Origin: Octopus vulgaris
Lineage: Eukaryota
Assembly (NCBI GenBank): GCA_951406725.2
Contig: OX597817.1
Location: 94,178,001 to 94,242,000, forward strand
Length of the DNA: 64,000 nucleotides
Reading direction: 5' to 3'
The first letter of the stretch is position 1, and the number at the start of each line of letters is the position of its first letter. The notes under the pieces were generated by a model. It saw nothing but the letters and a program-made list of their open reading frames with translations, made no database searches and was not told the DNA's origin. The position numbers and the translations under genes are program-made. Shown here piece by piece: positions 38,226 through 53,172 of this stretch.

Positions 38226-41200
38226 ACATACATACGTACTTTATAGCATACACACAACATACACATGCACAAACATACATAACGGTTCCCTAGTATGGCC
38301 ACTGCTCTTTTGCTAAAACCGATAACAGAATGTTGGAATATATGTGTGTTGTATCTGTACACGTTGATAACGCTTAAAAGTGGTGATTTTTGTTTACGTT
38401 TCTTAAATTAGCGATTCGACAAAAAGAGCGGTGAAAAGTACCAAACTTTAAAGTAAATACTTGAATGCAGGTTTCTCCGAGAATAGCTGCAGTTGGAAAT
38501 AAATAAAATAATAAAATACACGTATACACACGCGCATAACTATAAAAATACATGAGTGTGAATGTGAGTGCATGCACGTGTATACTGAGTCTTATATATC
38601 ACCCTAAGCTCCACTTCTTCCCAACGCCTCAAGATCATGGAGTGGTACTGCTACTCAGGGCTTCTATTTGATCCTATGATTGGGTAGAAACTCTTTAGCC
38701 ATTTCGATATGCAACCACTTAGGGCGTTAGATGGAGAATGAGCCCATCTTTTCGTCAGTTCTTGCTGCTGTTGACATTGAAGATGACTCAATTTTGTTTG
38801 TCTTTGTTTCCCTTGGTTTCCTCTTTGTTTCTCTATACCGGTAATGCTATGGAAATACCGGAAGTCATGATCTTCCTCTTTTCTCTGTAGCTATCCTGCT
38901 TTCATTTTTCTACTTCTGTTCAGCCAGGCTTAATGACAGTTTGTGCTTCCACACGAGTAGCAACTGGGTCTCCTACTCTGCAGTACTACGTTGATTGTAA
39001 TCCTTTCACCTCCCACATTGGGGGGAAATTCCGGGATAGCCTTATGATCTTCAGACGTCATTGAGACTACGATTATTCCCACATGACCAAAAGGTGTTAA
39101 GGGTCACCTCTGCCCATATTGTGTCACAAGGGTGACTACGTGCCAAGAATAGGGATTCACAGCTACATCATTGTTCTGACAGTGGCTTTTATATCAATAA
39201 TCATATATAACTAAGCTGTGTCACTTAAAAGTGAGAGTATTTTCCAATTGAGTGTGTGGGTAAACTACAGCCGATCTTCAGGGTATTATGTATGTAATCG
39301 CTACATGAACTAAAATTGTTTCATTAAATATTTATTCAACTCTGAGGTAGAAGAATAAGTTCACTGATCATAAGATGAACGTTATTGGCTATGTAGTTTA
39401 TTGACCATAAGACGTGTTATAACTACCACAACTAAGGCTTTGATGGTGGGTCGCTTGTGTATGTGTGAGTGCGTACCTGTATGTATATATATCTAGGGAG
39501 AGGCGCACCATAATTTTATATAGATGCTGTATAAATATATTTGATTTACCGCTGCAGTTGAATGAGCTAAACTGGTCGATTTGTTCTCTTTCATCTTTCA
39601 TTTATCATACTGGAGTAATGCTACCTTCCTCTGAACAAATTAATATTTTTCTTGATACCTTTAATTTTCTTTTTTTATTATTTAAAATATTTTGATGGGT
39701 CGGTGCGCCGAGCTAATATTCGAGTTTATACTGGATCATCACTCAATCTGATAGAAACAGTCGCTAAATATCCCAGTTATCGTACTTTACAGTTATCTAT
39801 TGTTGCGGCGATGGCCATAGCAGAGTTGCCTTTGACTATAAGTCCACTCGATCAGGGTTAATCAAAGTTTAAACAATAATAATACAATCAATATAACTCG
39901 ATAACTATGGAGAATATTGAACAACATAATTTATTGCCATATGTCCATCCATATAACATTTTATCTACATAGAATCCATTGCAGTCTATCTATATAACGT
40001 AGTACATATACATAAATGTCTATAATTTATAACATCCTGTCCATTCATACAGGTTTTTCAATATATATACACATACGTATAATTTATTTGTACATCTACG
40101 CATACAACTTTTCACGTATATATCTTCACCATCTGCAGCCGCCAAATGATGGATTGTAGATGACCCTCCGTGCTCTCTGGAGATGTTTAATTATAGCATT
40201 AATATCTCCTTATGCTTTCTGACACCACTTATACAATGAGTGGTCTCTTGTCTCGACCTTCATACAGTGTAGCGTAATCAGTTCTGCATGTGTGGAGGAT
40301 GTGTGTGTGCGTTTGTGTGAGTGTGTATGTGTATGTATGTGCGTGCGTGTGTGTGTTTGTGTGTAAGAGAGAGAGAGAGAGAGGAGGAAGGGGAATCGCC
40401 ACTCCTACATACCAATACTTTATTGATTGAAGAAATGGAAGGTAAATCTGAGGTTGACGGTATTTGATTTCAGAGTGCAGACAGTCGCTACAAATACAAA
40501 CAGACATTCGATCCGGTACTCTAACAACTCTTCCAATCTACTGACTTCAGGTATCCACTTGGTAGATGTAATCGAAGCAAAACGATCGCAAAGAGTTTAT
40601 TTCAATGAAAAATGCGAGAAGCCCGTGGATCAAGAGTTTTTACCTTGTTTCTCCAGGGTGACGCCTAACTATAATTATTATTCTTTCTATCTGATTACAC
40701 ACGCGCGCGTGCGTACACACAGATGTACTAGCAGGACCTGTGATTATTTCATGGAATTAATAGTAAACCTATTGAGTTATTCCTGAAAACTTTATCCAAA
40801 AAGCCTACAAGAGTAGCTTGTGTTGTGTCTGTATCAAAAGATAGTCCCTCATCAGCTATGCATTGAAAAGTGAAGGAAATTGGAATACGATGATTACTTA
40901 TTGCACTTTTTATATATACTTTATATACCTTATGCATAATTTTATAGACTTAATACACAGCACTTATGAAATAAATATTTACTCTTATTTTACAATTTTT
41001 CTCATAAAGAGAAGAAAAATTCATTTTAAAATTTACATGATCACAATTTCATATCTAGAAAACAAAAATTTTATAGCAAAAAAAAAATTTTATATGCAAA
41101 ATATAGGGGGGTCACAATTTCATGGGTGTAAACATTTAATGCAATACGGCATACTCTGAAAACCACATCGTTAGTAACATATAAGCCAAAGCGATGGGTC

Positions 41201-42658
41201 AGAGCCAATACACATTTCAATTTGCGTACACCTTTCAATCCAATACTTCTTTGCAGACTATGTTCTCCCTCTTCCTTCCCCTTGTTTTTCAGTGTTGATA
41301 ACTTTAACTCTCACATCAAATAAGTTGCGAGCCCTTGAGAATGCAACATATAGCTAACCATGGCCGAGTGCAGGTTCAGGCAAGAACAACCCTACTTTTT
41401 CAAATGTCTGTCTTTGTGATTTATTGATAGTCATTGCATATGATTGGCGAACGGGAAACTGGTTTCCTTCTAAAGTGAATGGCAAACTTGGGATGCGTAT
41501 GCATTAAGTGATAGGTGATATAAAAAATTTAGTTTAATTTTTAAAAAAATACTTTTCTTTATGCACTCACCAGTACCAGCACCAGCACCCACCACCACCA
41601 CCACCACAACGACCATCATCACTCTCTCCCGCCATCTCTCTCTCTCTCTCTTTCTCTCTGCCTTTCTTTTTCTTTCTCTTGTTCTCTCTTACCTTTCAAC
41701 TAATCACGTGAAAGCGTTACAATTACGTTCCCTCTACCTCACGTCATGCACGCTTCTCTCACCCTCTTTTTCTCTCTCCCTCTTTTCATTCTTCCTCTTT
41801 TTCACTAATCACGTGAAAGCGTTACGGACGGGCTAAGTAACGTAATGACAAGCAGAATTATTATAAGAAATTGTGAGTGTGTGTTAAATTTTGTGAACAA
41901 TAGCGTCGTTGTTTATAGTATTCCAGCTGTGGTTCTGATGAATGAAAAGGAAGTGTCTGTGTAATCAGGATGGAACATAAATCAGAACGTGCCTTAGTTC
42001 AATTTTCTTGCCGATCTGTACCAATTTTCAATCGCATGGTATCGATAAATCTGAGAGGGTTGTAGAAACACTTTCCCGTAATGCCATGCTGTAATATCGA
42101 ATCCAAAATAAGATAGTTGAGAAGTCAATTTCTTAACCAGCCATAATGGATATTTTTTTCTAAATGTAATATATTTATGAGCCTCAATTTTAAGTCAACC
42201 AACAAATAAATTCAATGTTAGATTTAAAATTTAGAATGCGTACTATCTCTTTTTCTACGTATTTTCATATATCAATATTTCCCTTTCTCTATATTTTTAT
42301 AAATCAATTAATAAAGATTTGTTTTTACTATCCTAAATCTTTCTTCACTGTTTATTGTGAAGCAAGTTATCAAACACCATAGCATCAACAACAGCAACAA
42401 CAACAACACCTACAGTAGCAACACCAACACCACCAACGACTTGCAACTGTAGCAACAGTGACCGCACTGCCATCTGTAATAATGGAAGCAACACTGATAA
42501 CAAAATATAAGATTATATGATCCAGGCAATGGATGATTATATATTATCACAACTTCATCAATAATCAAATTTAAATAGACCACTTTCAGTTTGTTCTTGT
42601 GTTCAACAGAAAATATCTTTACAGTGGGACGAAAATAATAATAGTAATAATAATAATG

Positions 42659-42719
<61 letters not shown>

Positions 42720-42741
42720 TAATAATATTAATAATAATAAT

Positions 42742-43490
42742 AAAAAAATGGAGCTGACCCAAAATGCCGATTCTGTAACAATGAGATTGAAATAATAGAC
42801 CACCTAATCTCAGGGAGTAGAGTCTTAGCACCTGCAGAATATAAAGCAAGACATGACAGAGTCGGCCAGTATTTACATTGGACAATATGTCGGTATTATA
42901 AAATCAAAACCGCTGACAACTGGTATAAACACCATTCTGAAGCTGTGACTGAGGGAGAAAATGTGTCGATTCTATGGGACTTCCCCGTACAGACCGAAAA
43001 AACTATAAAAGATAATAAACCAGATATTATTATAAAAGATCAGACAAAAAAGATGTGTTTATTAATTGACATGAGTAACCCTTGCGATCACAATGTAGCA
43101 GCGAAAGAATTTGACAAGATTAGTAAATATAAAGACCTGCTAATAGAAATTGAGAAAATGTGGCATCTCAAGGCGACTACAGTACCCGTGATTGTAGGAT
43201 CTCTAGGAATGATAAAAAAAGGTACTGAAACCTATTTGAAAATGATACCAGGCTTACCATCCCTACAGGAAGTGCAAAAAACCGTGTTAACTGGAACGAC
43301 TGAGAAGAGAATTATCGCTGTGAAAACAACATCCAACCATGAATTTATTTATTTATTGATTTTTAAATACATATTTTATCTGTGAATTTGCGTGTGTAAT
43401 CTGGGAATGCATACAATAAGCTTCTCTACCCTAGGTGTATGGAAAACACTCGTCGAGAAATGGAAGAAAATTTGAAGAAAGAAGGAAAAA
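42742..43490 (+). mobile_element. 5'-truncated R4/Dong LINE (copy D)
   Basis: Preceded by (TAA)n; ADPKCRFC..IDHLISG..RHDRVGQYLHW..WYKH..ILWDFPVQTEK..NKPDII..IDMSNP..KISKYKDL. Confidence 0.9.
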
Positions 43491-43798
43491 ACATTACTTC
43501 CCCCAAGACATACCGCTACTCGCTTCGGACACCTAAGATGGTCGTATGACGATAGTTGCGAGGAAAACTGTAAAGGACAGCAAGTGTCCAATGGAAAGCA
43601 AACTAAAAAGAAAAAAAGAACAGAAAATGAGCGGATCGGGTGACAAAATCACTGAGTGGCTTCATTAACGTCTGGATTTCGTGACAGGGAGAAACACATG
43701 CGCGCGCACACACACACACACGTACAGATAGATAGGCATGCATTATAGGTTTGGTGATATATATACATGTATATGTATATGTGTGTGTGTGTGCGTAC

Positions 43799-43842
<44 letters not shown>

Positions 43843-44197
43843 GTCTATCTACACTGAAGAGAGAAGTAAGTAATTAAAACACTTTAATCTCGATTAATCG
43901 GAGTTGTGTTGATTCATTGTTTTTTTCTTTGCCTACGTAAAGAAGTGCGCTACTGTCGTGGAGATTCTTACAGAAAAGGATTTTTTAACTCCTATTTCTA
44001 AATTCGGTATGTAGTGAAGCAATTAGCTGACCCCTAATTATAATTATGTTTATAATTATAGAATATTTGTATAATTATACCTATAATGTTTATTTTGACG
44101 TACCGATCTATTTGGTAAAATTAGTAATTAATTGATTAATTAATTAATTAAATTAATTAATTTTACCCTTATATTATTAATTTCATATATATATATA

Positions 44198-44469
44198 TCA
44201 TGTGATCACATGACCGACCAGGCTATCAGATGTTGCTACCCATCGCTGGTCACAATGCGCTTCGCCACCCCGTTGGCTAAGCGAGCATGCCAACAGAAGA
44301 AAGAGTGAGAGAAAGTTGTGGCGAAAGAGTACAGCAGGGATCGCCACTAACTCCTGCCGGAGCCTCATGGAGCTATTTATGTGTCTTCGCTCAATAAATA
44401 CTCACAACGCCCGGTCTGGGAATCGAAACCGCAATCCTACAACCGCGAGTCCGCTGCCCTAACCACTAT
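44198..44469 (-). mobile_element. tRNA-derived SINE (head A + tail Y)
   Basis: Minus-strand AGTGGTTAGGGCAGCGGACTCGCGG..GGTTTCGATTCCCAGAC..CTTTCTCTCACTCTTT matches the 5' half of 58590-58976, but the 3' ~110 bp differ. Confidence 0.8.
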
Positions 44470-44564
44470 CGAACCGGTGAGTGTGTTTATTAATAAGGCA
44501 TTAAAGCAGAATGACTCTCCCCAGACACAACAAAATATGCTTGAACACACGAATCCACATACAG

Positions 44565-44598
<34 letters not shown>

Positions 44599-45871
44599 TA
44601 GTAAGTGGGGCCAGACATCAATGATGGGACCTGGAGAGGAAGGTACCGAAAGGGTGGGCATTCACTCTCGATGATCACATAGGGTTGCCTGTCTCCTGTA
44701 CACGGAGCTTTCAATTGGTTGCACTTGCATCCGCGAGTTGTTTGCAAATAAATTATATAATATATGCTTATTACCGTTACGTATACATGTGTGTGGATGT
44801 ATGCATGTATATAAGTGTGTATGTGTGTGTATTATGCACACACTCACAAACATATATATAAGAACATTTCTACAACTATACTTAGTTATTTGACCTCGTA
44901 TTCACACAAGAACGAACATGCACATACATACATACATACATACATACATACATACATACATACATACATACATACATACATACATACATACGGCCACCCG
45001 GACGTACACACGTACACATGCGCATGGACAAAACTTTATTGTGTCATCATATCTGCTATCTCAACCGATTATTATTCATCTAAATTTGACTATCAAATCA
45101 AGTAAATTAGCAGATATCACTCAAGATGTCATGTTTGGGTCGTTGTCCTGTTGAAGTATGTGTGACATTATGACGCAACATTTAATGACGTCATCTTTTT
45201 ACACAAACTCAACTTTTGTTCTGTATGCAGAGGCGTGTGTACGTATTATGCCTCACGATAGACTTCATACTGTAATTCCATGATCTCTTAGTGATTTACT
45301 CTTTTAGAAATCGTTTCTAAAATAAGGTTGTAAGTCATGTTGGTGTTTGTCCCCAGGTTAATCCTAATCCAGCACTTCTGTAGTTAAGAGCAGTCCTTCC
45401 GCGACTATTCCAACTTTTTAGGGTGAATCTAGAACAAAGATATCTAATATGTCTTTTACCTTTCAGAGTAGTTTTACCCAAAGAATGGTTGTCGTTTAGA
45501 CCATTGTCAGCTCTGGTAGGGCTAATCTATGATCGAGCATGTTCCAGCCGTCCCCTGTCCAGCCTTCACCAAAGTACTGTGTATCAGGGAATATATTATC
45601 CAACGCGTTCTTCCTTTCATGAAGGTGATAGTATGTAATTTTAGGGAAACCATTCTGCTATTTATCTCAAATCGAATAACTATAATCTCCTTCATTGTTT
45701 CCTGATTTGAAAGGGATTTGGTAGTTATTTTAAGCAAGTCAATTGGTGAGACAGATGTCTCTATTGTGTCATGGTTGCTGCTGTTGTTATTCTTATTGTT
45801 GTTAATGAAAAAGTGCTGCACGCAGTGCAGCAATTCTGTTATACTGATTATAATGTTATCTGTTATAACTT

Positions 45872-46267
45872 ACTCTTTTACTCTTTTACTTGTTTCAGTC
45901 ATTTGACTGAGGCCATGATGGAGCACCGCCTTTAGTCGAGCAAATCGACCCCGGGGCTTATTCTTTGTAAGCCCAGTACTTATTCTATCGGTCTCTTTTG
46001 CCGAAACGCTAAGTGACGGGGACGTAAACACACCAGCATCGGTTGTCAAGCAATGCTAGGGGGACAAACACGCACACACACACAAACACACATATATACA
46101 TATATATACAGATGTACGACAGGCTTCTTTCAATTTCCGTCTACCAAATCCACTCACAAGGCATTGGTCGGCAGAAGACACTTGCCCAAGATGCCACGCA
46201 GTGGGACTGAACCCAGAACCATGTGGTTGGTTAGCGAGCTACTTACCACACAGCCTTTCCTGCGCCT
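45872..46267 (-). mobile_element. tRNA-derived SINE (family S1) with (AAAAGAGT)n tail
   Basis: Head GGCGCAGG..GGCTGTGTGGTAAG..GGGTTCAGTCCC; internal (CA)/(TA); near-TSD GT(T/C)ATAACTT at 45862-71 and 46270-79. Confidence 0.85.
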
Positions 46268-46957
46268 TGGTCATAACTTTTTCTATTGACAGTCGACGTC
46301 GTTCTAATTGCATATGTAGGTAGAGTAAATTTTCCTCTATAGTGACCATTCATCATTGCCGGCGAGTAATGGATTCCAAACATTTGTAATATACTGTTAT
46401 TGAGTTCTTGATGAACATGTACAGAAGGCTTCGTGTGTTTTACGGAGGCGTTATCATTGACAAAGGGCAATATGCATGGGTGGATGTCGAAGTTTAAAGG
46501 AAAGAAAACCAGCATTAAAGATAAATCACACATAGGGAGACCATGATCTACGGTTATGGACAAGAATCTCCCGCGAGTGGACAGACGAGTCACAAACTGT
46601 GAGGCATAATTGGACTGTGGTAACAACGCATTACAGAAGTGCAACGAACTCAAGAGATATGAGAAAAAACACATTACAAACCCGACAGCCAACCGTAGAA
46701 TTCGCCGCAGCATGTACGAATTTTTATCTTTACATATCTATGAAAATGGCGGGCTTATTCGCAATGCATTTCGGTAACAACTTGCCTACTCGGAACAGCA
46801 TATTCTGCATTGATTGCGAAATCACAGGTGATATGTAACTAAATTCTGTTTTTAAATGACTTGCTTTGAAGTTTTGCATTCGGTAAAATTTGTTTATTTT
46901 AGTAGTTTTGACTGCAAAAGTCCCTCCAAGCGTGCGGTACCTATGAATAATAGTACC

Positions 46958-47006
<49 letters not shown>

Positions 47007-47644
47007 AACGTATACGGGTACGTGATGTTGACAAGCTGCAAAAATGGCGGCGAAATAACTATGTCCATCACTGTTGAATGGGATCTGGTGTGAGATATTT
47101 CGCCTGTCCATGACTTTTAAGTGTTTTAACACTCGGCACTTTGGACAAGTAATCTCCACTTTGCCAATTCGCAGCCTACCGGCAAATACCCTGCGGTCTA
47201 TACGTTAAGTATATGTGGTCGATAATGTTTATTATTCTAACGCTTTTTCTATTTAATATCTAAATATATATACTACATGTGATATTTAAAAACAAACCCG
47301 AAAGGCTCTGTAACATAAAGAGAGAAAGTTATTATTGAAGACTCATAGTATAATATTAACTGTATACTTATTTATCATAACAATATTGTATTCCCCGATT
47401 TGAAACGACAATTTTTAAATACAAACAAATGATCGAAAAATTATGAGCTAAATTCAGGCACAATGGATACCCACAAATCAACGCTTAGATGGATGAGCAT
47501 TTGGTCTATCGCATGTGCAAAGAGTCGTGTAAGCGTTGATTTGTGGGTTCAATTCTGAGGTTAGCTCATCTTTTATCGGTCATTTTTTGTATTTAAAAAT
47601 TGTCGCTTCAAATCGGAGAATATATTATGATATATTATTATACA

Positions 47645-47746
<102 letters not shown>

Positions 47747-47767
47747 TATGATATATTATTATACTGT

Positions 47768-47801
<34 letters not shown>

Positions 47802-47843
47802 CATATATAAATGTGCGTGTGTGTATAAATGTATATATATATG

Positions 47844-47888
<45 letters not shown>

Positions 47889-47950
47889 TAAAAACGGTAA
47901 GATAACAAAAGAAAAAAGTGACCTCAATATTATGTAAATAGAGGAACTTT

Positions 47951-48170
47951 ATCTGCAAAATAATGTGACAATTATTCGGTAGCCAAGATGAAACTCTGAG
48001 TTTTTCGGATGCCGAGGTGGAAATCCACACCACCATATCTTCGGTTATCTGGCCATCTGAAAAAACGGCTAGATAACCGAAGAGATGGCGATGTAGATTT
48101 CCACCTCGGCATCCGAAACTCAGAGTTTTATCTTGGCCACCGAATAATTGTCTCATATTATTTTACAGAT
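47951..48170. repeat. 220-bp near-perfect palindrome made of two hammerhead-like PLE pLTR halves
   Basis: Arms 47951-48054 and 48067-48170 with a 12-nt loop. The right arm reads AGATAA-CCGAAGA-stem II-GAAA-CTCAGAG-TT-TTATCT. Confidence 0.85.
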
Positions 48171-48884
48171 ATATATATATATATATATATATGTTAATAA
48201 AATAGAACATATGCATATATATAAACATATATGTACGTACCTACCTCTACATGTACATATACACGCATATATGTGTACAGGACACCAAAAAGACGTCGAA
48301 CACATAGAGAGACGAAAAATATAGACACAAACCAAGGAACAGGACAAGCAAAAAAGAAAAAAAGAGATACAGGACAATAAGCACAACGAAAAATCCCCTT
48401 CTTCAGTCGCTAAGGTTTCATCTACTCTACGTTTCGAAGGATAAAAGCGAGACGTATACTTCGAAGAAACTTCCTTCCTGCGAAAAGCAAATCAATTAAA
48501 ATTCTGAGATCTTTTCGCAGAGGGGTAAAAAATGGTAAAAAAAGCAAGACGGTAACGACAGTACAAACATATAAACAGTAAAAAAAAAAATTATATATAA
48601 ACAGTTGAAAAATAAATATATAACAGTGAGAGACAGGACAAGGAGAACAAGATAAGAAGGGCTGTTTACGCCAGACGAAAAAAGTAATGCAAACGCTGGA
48701 TTATAGTGGACGACGAGAGAGAAAGAATGTCGACCAGTGGCCTTAGAAGGCGGGCGAGAAAAGACAGGATAGCAGTTACGACGGAAGTATCGTCGCAGAT
48801 GGACGACGGGAATGGGGGAGGAGGAGCAAGAGGAAGAGAGAGAAGAAGGGGAATGGTGCGAGGAGACCATGAAGAATGGTGAGG

Positions 48885-48914
<30 letters not shown>

Positions 48915-48918
<4 letters not shown>

Positions 48919-49356
48919 ATTTAGGAATGGTCATTTTGCCAGTTTAGCCAATAAAAACACACGCACTATATATTTGGTGTTACTTTGCTTCAACGTTATT
49001 TATTTTTTACATTAATCTTAATATTATTTCGGCCAGAGTTCTTTCGTCACACTCCTGTGACCGCATCATTGGTCCTTTGCTTTCTTCTTTTTTATTTGTG
49101 TGTCTCTCCTTACTAACCGTCAACCATTTTGTATTTCTATTGTATGTGTCTTCATTTGCGCATGCGTATATCTCTATGTGCGTCTATGTTTAGTTAGTGT
49201 GTGTGGAGGAAACACCTGTAATATTTGTATCTCCTGTTCATATACGTTCGTGTAATTTGTTTTTGTTTTTGTTTATTCTTATTTTGTTCATGTGTTTACA
49301 CCCACTTATTACTATTATTATTATTATTACTACTATTACTATTATTATTATTATTA

Positions 49357-49414
<58 letters not shown>

Positions 49415-50030
49415 CATTATTATTATTAGTAGTAGTAGTAGTATTATGTATGTATAACAATAATGATATAATAATAATAATAAAAACAAAATTAAAAATA
49501 CAAAAATAAAAAAAATTTTTTTTAAATGTATGTAGTTATTTACTTTCATTTGTTTATTTATCTGTGTATATATTTTATTATGTTTTCAGTTTTGTTTATA
49601 TTGTAACCAGTTTATGGGGATCCTCTTGTGTCATATGTTGTGGTGTGTGCTAGTGTTCCATTCCAGTTTCCTATTCAGGTTAGGTTTATCTTCTATTATG
49701 TGTGTAGCTTCCGTAATTTGTCTGATTGTTGCGTCTGTTCTATGTGTGGACAATATTTTAACTTCTATGTTATTGATTGAGCCCCCGTGTTCCTGCTCGG
49801 CGTGCTGGTATAGAACCGATGAGCTCTTTCCTTCCTTAAGTTCTCTCCAATTGCCTTTACCCGCTCTCTTATGCTTCGTGCCGTTTCCCCTACGTATGTC
49901 GTCGTCTTGTTACTGCATCGTCCCTCTATACATCTTATACTATAGGCTACATTTCTGGCTTTACAGTTTGTTTGTGGTCGAAATCTATACACAGTACAGT
50001 ACATATCCGTACAGGGGATTCTACTAAAAG
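48915..50030 (-). mobile_element. PLE 3' fragment with GIY-YIG endonuclease and 3' UTR/pLTR
   Basis: CKARNVAYSIRCIEGRC..YVGETARSIRER..LYQHAEQEHGG..RQITEATHI..LNRKLEW at ~49650-50000. Hammerhead-like remnant at ~49015-49075. Confidence 0.75.
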
Positions 50031-51371
50031 GGTAAGTTCTACCGATTATGGATTTGATAGGGTTGCCTGGCTTTTCAACAACCTTAATCCTTTTCTATTT
50101 CTCTTCTGATGCAACTACAACGGCTTCTGCTTCTCACATCTAGCTTCTTACATCTCTCCAGCAAAATGTATTCCTCCCATCTCTTCATCTTCAATGCGTT
50201 TCTCGTTTTCCATACATCACTCCTTACCTACTCATGCGCCTTATTAAAAACGTCACTCAATCCTTTCTCTCAATAACTATAATCCCTTTGATGCCCTCTC
50301 CACCTTGACCTACATAGATCTTATCTGTCTCGCATATCATCGGTCATCCCTTTTTCAGACTAAGGAATCTGTCCATTTAAACAATATGGAGATTTTCTAT
50401 AAACTACATCAACAAATTCCTAATCAAAACTAAGCATTAAAATTCAAAATAACTCAATATTGTTCGTATTTAATCACTCAAACATCTTTTCATATTTCAA
50501 TGTTTCGGTGTTTTAAATCATTCTTTAGTTTTCTTCTGTCGAAATTTTAATTTTCATAGCATATATGTAGATATCTTAATATGTGATTTAATAGCACTGC
50601 TAACACACTGGTGTTCTGTTTATTGAAATCAGATGGCGTAGTTGAGTGATTTAGATACAAGAGAAGTAAACGATTCCTAATTTTATATAGTCGAGTGATC
50701 GGTGGTTGGAGCCATAACACGCGGCGCTATCTTGGGTTTGTGGATTAGACGTCAGCTTTCAAAACGGTTAAGTCTACTTGGTTATATAACATAATGCGTG
50801 CTAACATGTAGTCTCAATGTCTTTACTCATTCTACTAGACATAGCAGCCACGTTATTTAAAATCATACATATCATGTTGGTCATGGCTGAAACGACCTTG
50901 AATATGGGTCTAGTCTGTCAGAATTGTCACGTGACTAAACAACAATGATTGATACCATAGGAGTAGGAGTAGGCTCATCTACAGCTGAGAGCTGTCAGCA
51001 ACATTAATGAGAAAATGGTTAACTTCCAGTTATGAGAATATCAAATCCCTCTCCGTCTCTATATAGCATGCAGCAATACAGTCCTGGATAAGATGTAGGT
51101 CCCAGATAGACTACGTAACACACATAATCAGCGCGTTATTGGTCGTGCCATATCAGGTTAAAACCAGCTGGAAACAGCTTGAAGAAGTCAATAGTTCTAA
51201 AAGTAGTGTGTGGTGATAACCTCCAGATAACGGAGACATGCCAGCAACGTTGCTGTTCCTACAATGGTACAGATATATAAAATTTTGAGAGGAAAGTCGG
51301 ATGTAACAAAATTTAATAAACACTTTTGCTTATTTTAATATTATCTTAGGAATAAAAATATTATTATTATT

Positions 51372-51883
51372 GAGTGAGAGAGTAGCGCATGTCATCAAAG
51401 TGACACTGGGGTAAAAGATATGAAGCCCAATATACCTATCATGACTACCTGGCACATGCGTCACAACCATATGTGCGCGACATGGTGATCTTAAGATAAA
51501 CAGAGCAGGACTTCGCATGGCCTAGTTAAAATTTTCTTCAGGTTGAGTAGCCCATTCTGCTCAAAAGGCCCCTGAAGATTTGCTTAGGATGATGAACAAA
51601 ACACCCATGTTTCTAAAGGTGAATTGTTCAAATCCCAAAGAATTCCTCTCAACATATGGCTATGATGCCCCCCCCACTACTTCTGCTCGTGATCAGAGAT
51701 GCACATATCGTCAACACCTAAGGGACATGCTCAACTGGTTAAGGTCAAGCAACTGACGAGCAAATCTGTGGCATGGAGTAGAATATTTGTTGTAGCCCAT
51801 CTTTTATACCAAGACAAAACAATGTACATGGATAACACCTCCAATCAGTTAAGATCAAAAACCATGAGAGCCACTGCCTAGTA

Positions 51884-51884
<1 letters not shown>
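51372..51884 (-). mobile_element. unclassified non-coding interspersed repeat in (TAA)n (family U1)
   Basis: Reverse-complement homologue of 61223-61782; both copies are bounded by (TAA)n. Confidence 0.75.
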
Positions 51885-51962
<78 letters not shown>

Positions 51963-51963
51963 T

Positions 51964-52145
51964 AAGGCGGCGAGTTGGCAGAATCGTTATCACCCCGGAC
52001 CATGTTTACGTCCTGTGTTCAAAGGTCGATTTTACCTTTCATCTTTCCGGGTTCGATAAAATAAGTACCCGTCAAGCACTGGGGGTCGACGTAATCGACT
52101 TACCCTCCTCCCGAAATTGCTGGCCTTGTGCCAAAGTTTGAAATC
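51964..52145 (+). mobile_element. SINE (family S2 core, alternative tail Z)
   Basis: GGCGGCGAGTTGGCAGAATCGTTA..CCTTTCATCTTTCCGGGTTCGATAAAATAAGTAC..GGCCTTGTGCCAAAGTTTGAAA. Confidence 0.75.
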
Positions 52146-52179
52146 ATCCTCATCATCAATGTTATTATTATAATAATTA

Positions 52180-52940
52180 TTTTATGTTTGATTTTTGCTT
52201 TGATTTTGTACAAGTTGGCTCCACGTCTCATCCAGAGACCTCAAACGTCAACAAATTAGAAGTTCATGTTGGTGTCATATATTTGGTGTTGTACATAGTA
52301 TAATTTTAGAGAATCTTTAAGAAAACAAGAAAATTATGTGTTTGTTTTAAAATTTGAGATTACATAGAGAGTATGAACACTATCTTTTTAAATTCTGCCA
52401 TTTTGGGGTTTCCTGGTATCTTAGCTAAGTAGTAATCAACCCCTTTTGCTATGATTCCTGGGGCACCTACGACAACAGGTATTATTTTAGTGTTCAAGTT
52501 CCACAGTTTGCTAATTTCTATTTCAAGATATTTATATTTGCTCAGTTTTTGGTAGGACTTGACAGATACATTTATATCGATTGGGATAGTCATAGCAATG
52601 AGGAGGCATGATTTTTGTCTGAAGTCTTTCAATATAATGTCTGGCCTATTCGCATCTATCTTTCTGTCAGTTTGAATGGTGACGTCTCAGAGGAGTGATA
52701 TGTGATCATTTTCAAGCACTAGAGGTGGTTTATGTTCCCACCAGTTTGTATCATGGGGCAGGTCCAGGTTTTTGCATATTACCCAATGAATATATCGTGC
52801 AGCTCTATCGTGCCTGTTCAGATACTTTGTAGGCGCAAGAAGACTGCACATGGAGACAACATGATCAATGGTCTCATTTTGATGTTGACATACATGGCAT
52901 GTCGGGAAACTGCCGTTCTTTAATATATTGGCCTGGTAGT
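52180..52940 (-). mobile_element. 5'-truncated R4/Dong LINE (copy E, subfamily C)
   Basis: NYQANILKNG..CHVC..ETIDHVVSMC..RHDRAARYIHW..WWEHKPP..RPDIIL..KLSKYK; the 5' junction lies in (TTA)n. Confidence 0.9.
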
Positions 52941-52959
52941 TTATTATTATTATTATTAT

Positions 52960-53113
52960 CGTTAAAAGACCGCTTCCTTCAAGTCTTCCACATGTTCCTT
53001 TATCTAATTCCATCGATGTTATTGGATTAGATTTGTTTTTGAATGGGGAGCCCGGTGTAGCACGTCCATGTTGTTATTCAGCGTGGGGCTATTCTGTTAA
53101 TCAGCGCGGGGCT

Positions 53114-53163
<50 letters not shown>

Positions 53164-53172
53164 ATCACCATC

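Noticed and set aside
38620-39200. Possible LINE 5' UTR/ORF1 remnant
   Set aside because: The composition is suggestive, but I could not identify a diagnostic motif.
40400-40700. Possible host exon or promoter (AG...GT-bounded segment near 40475-40549)
   Set aside because: No recognisable protein similarity; splice-like dinucleotides alone are not evidence without RNA data.
46998-47216. Small MITE with AACGTATA-containing inverted ends
   Set aside because: The inverted match is short and AT-rich, with no second copy in the window.
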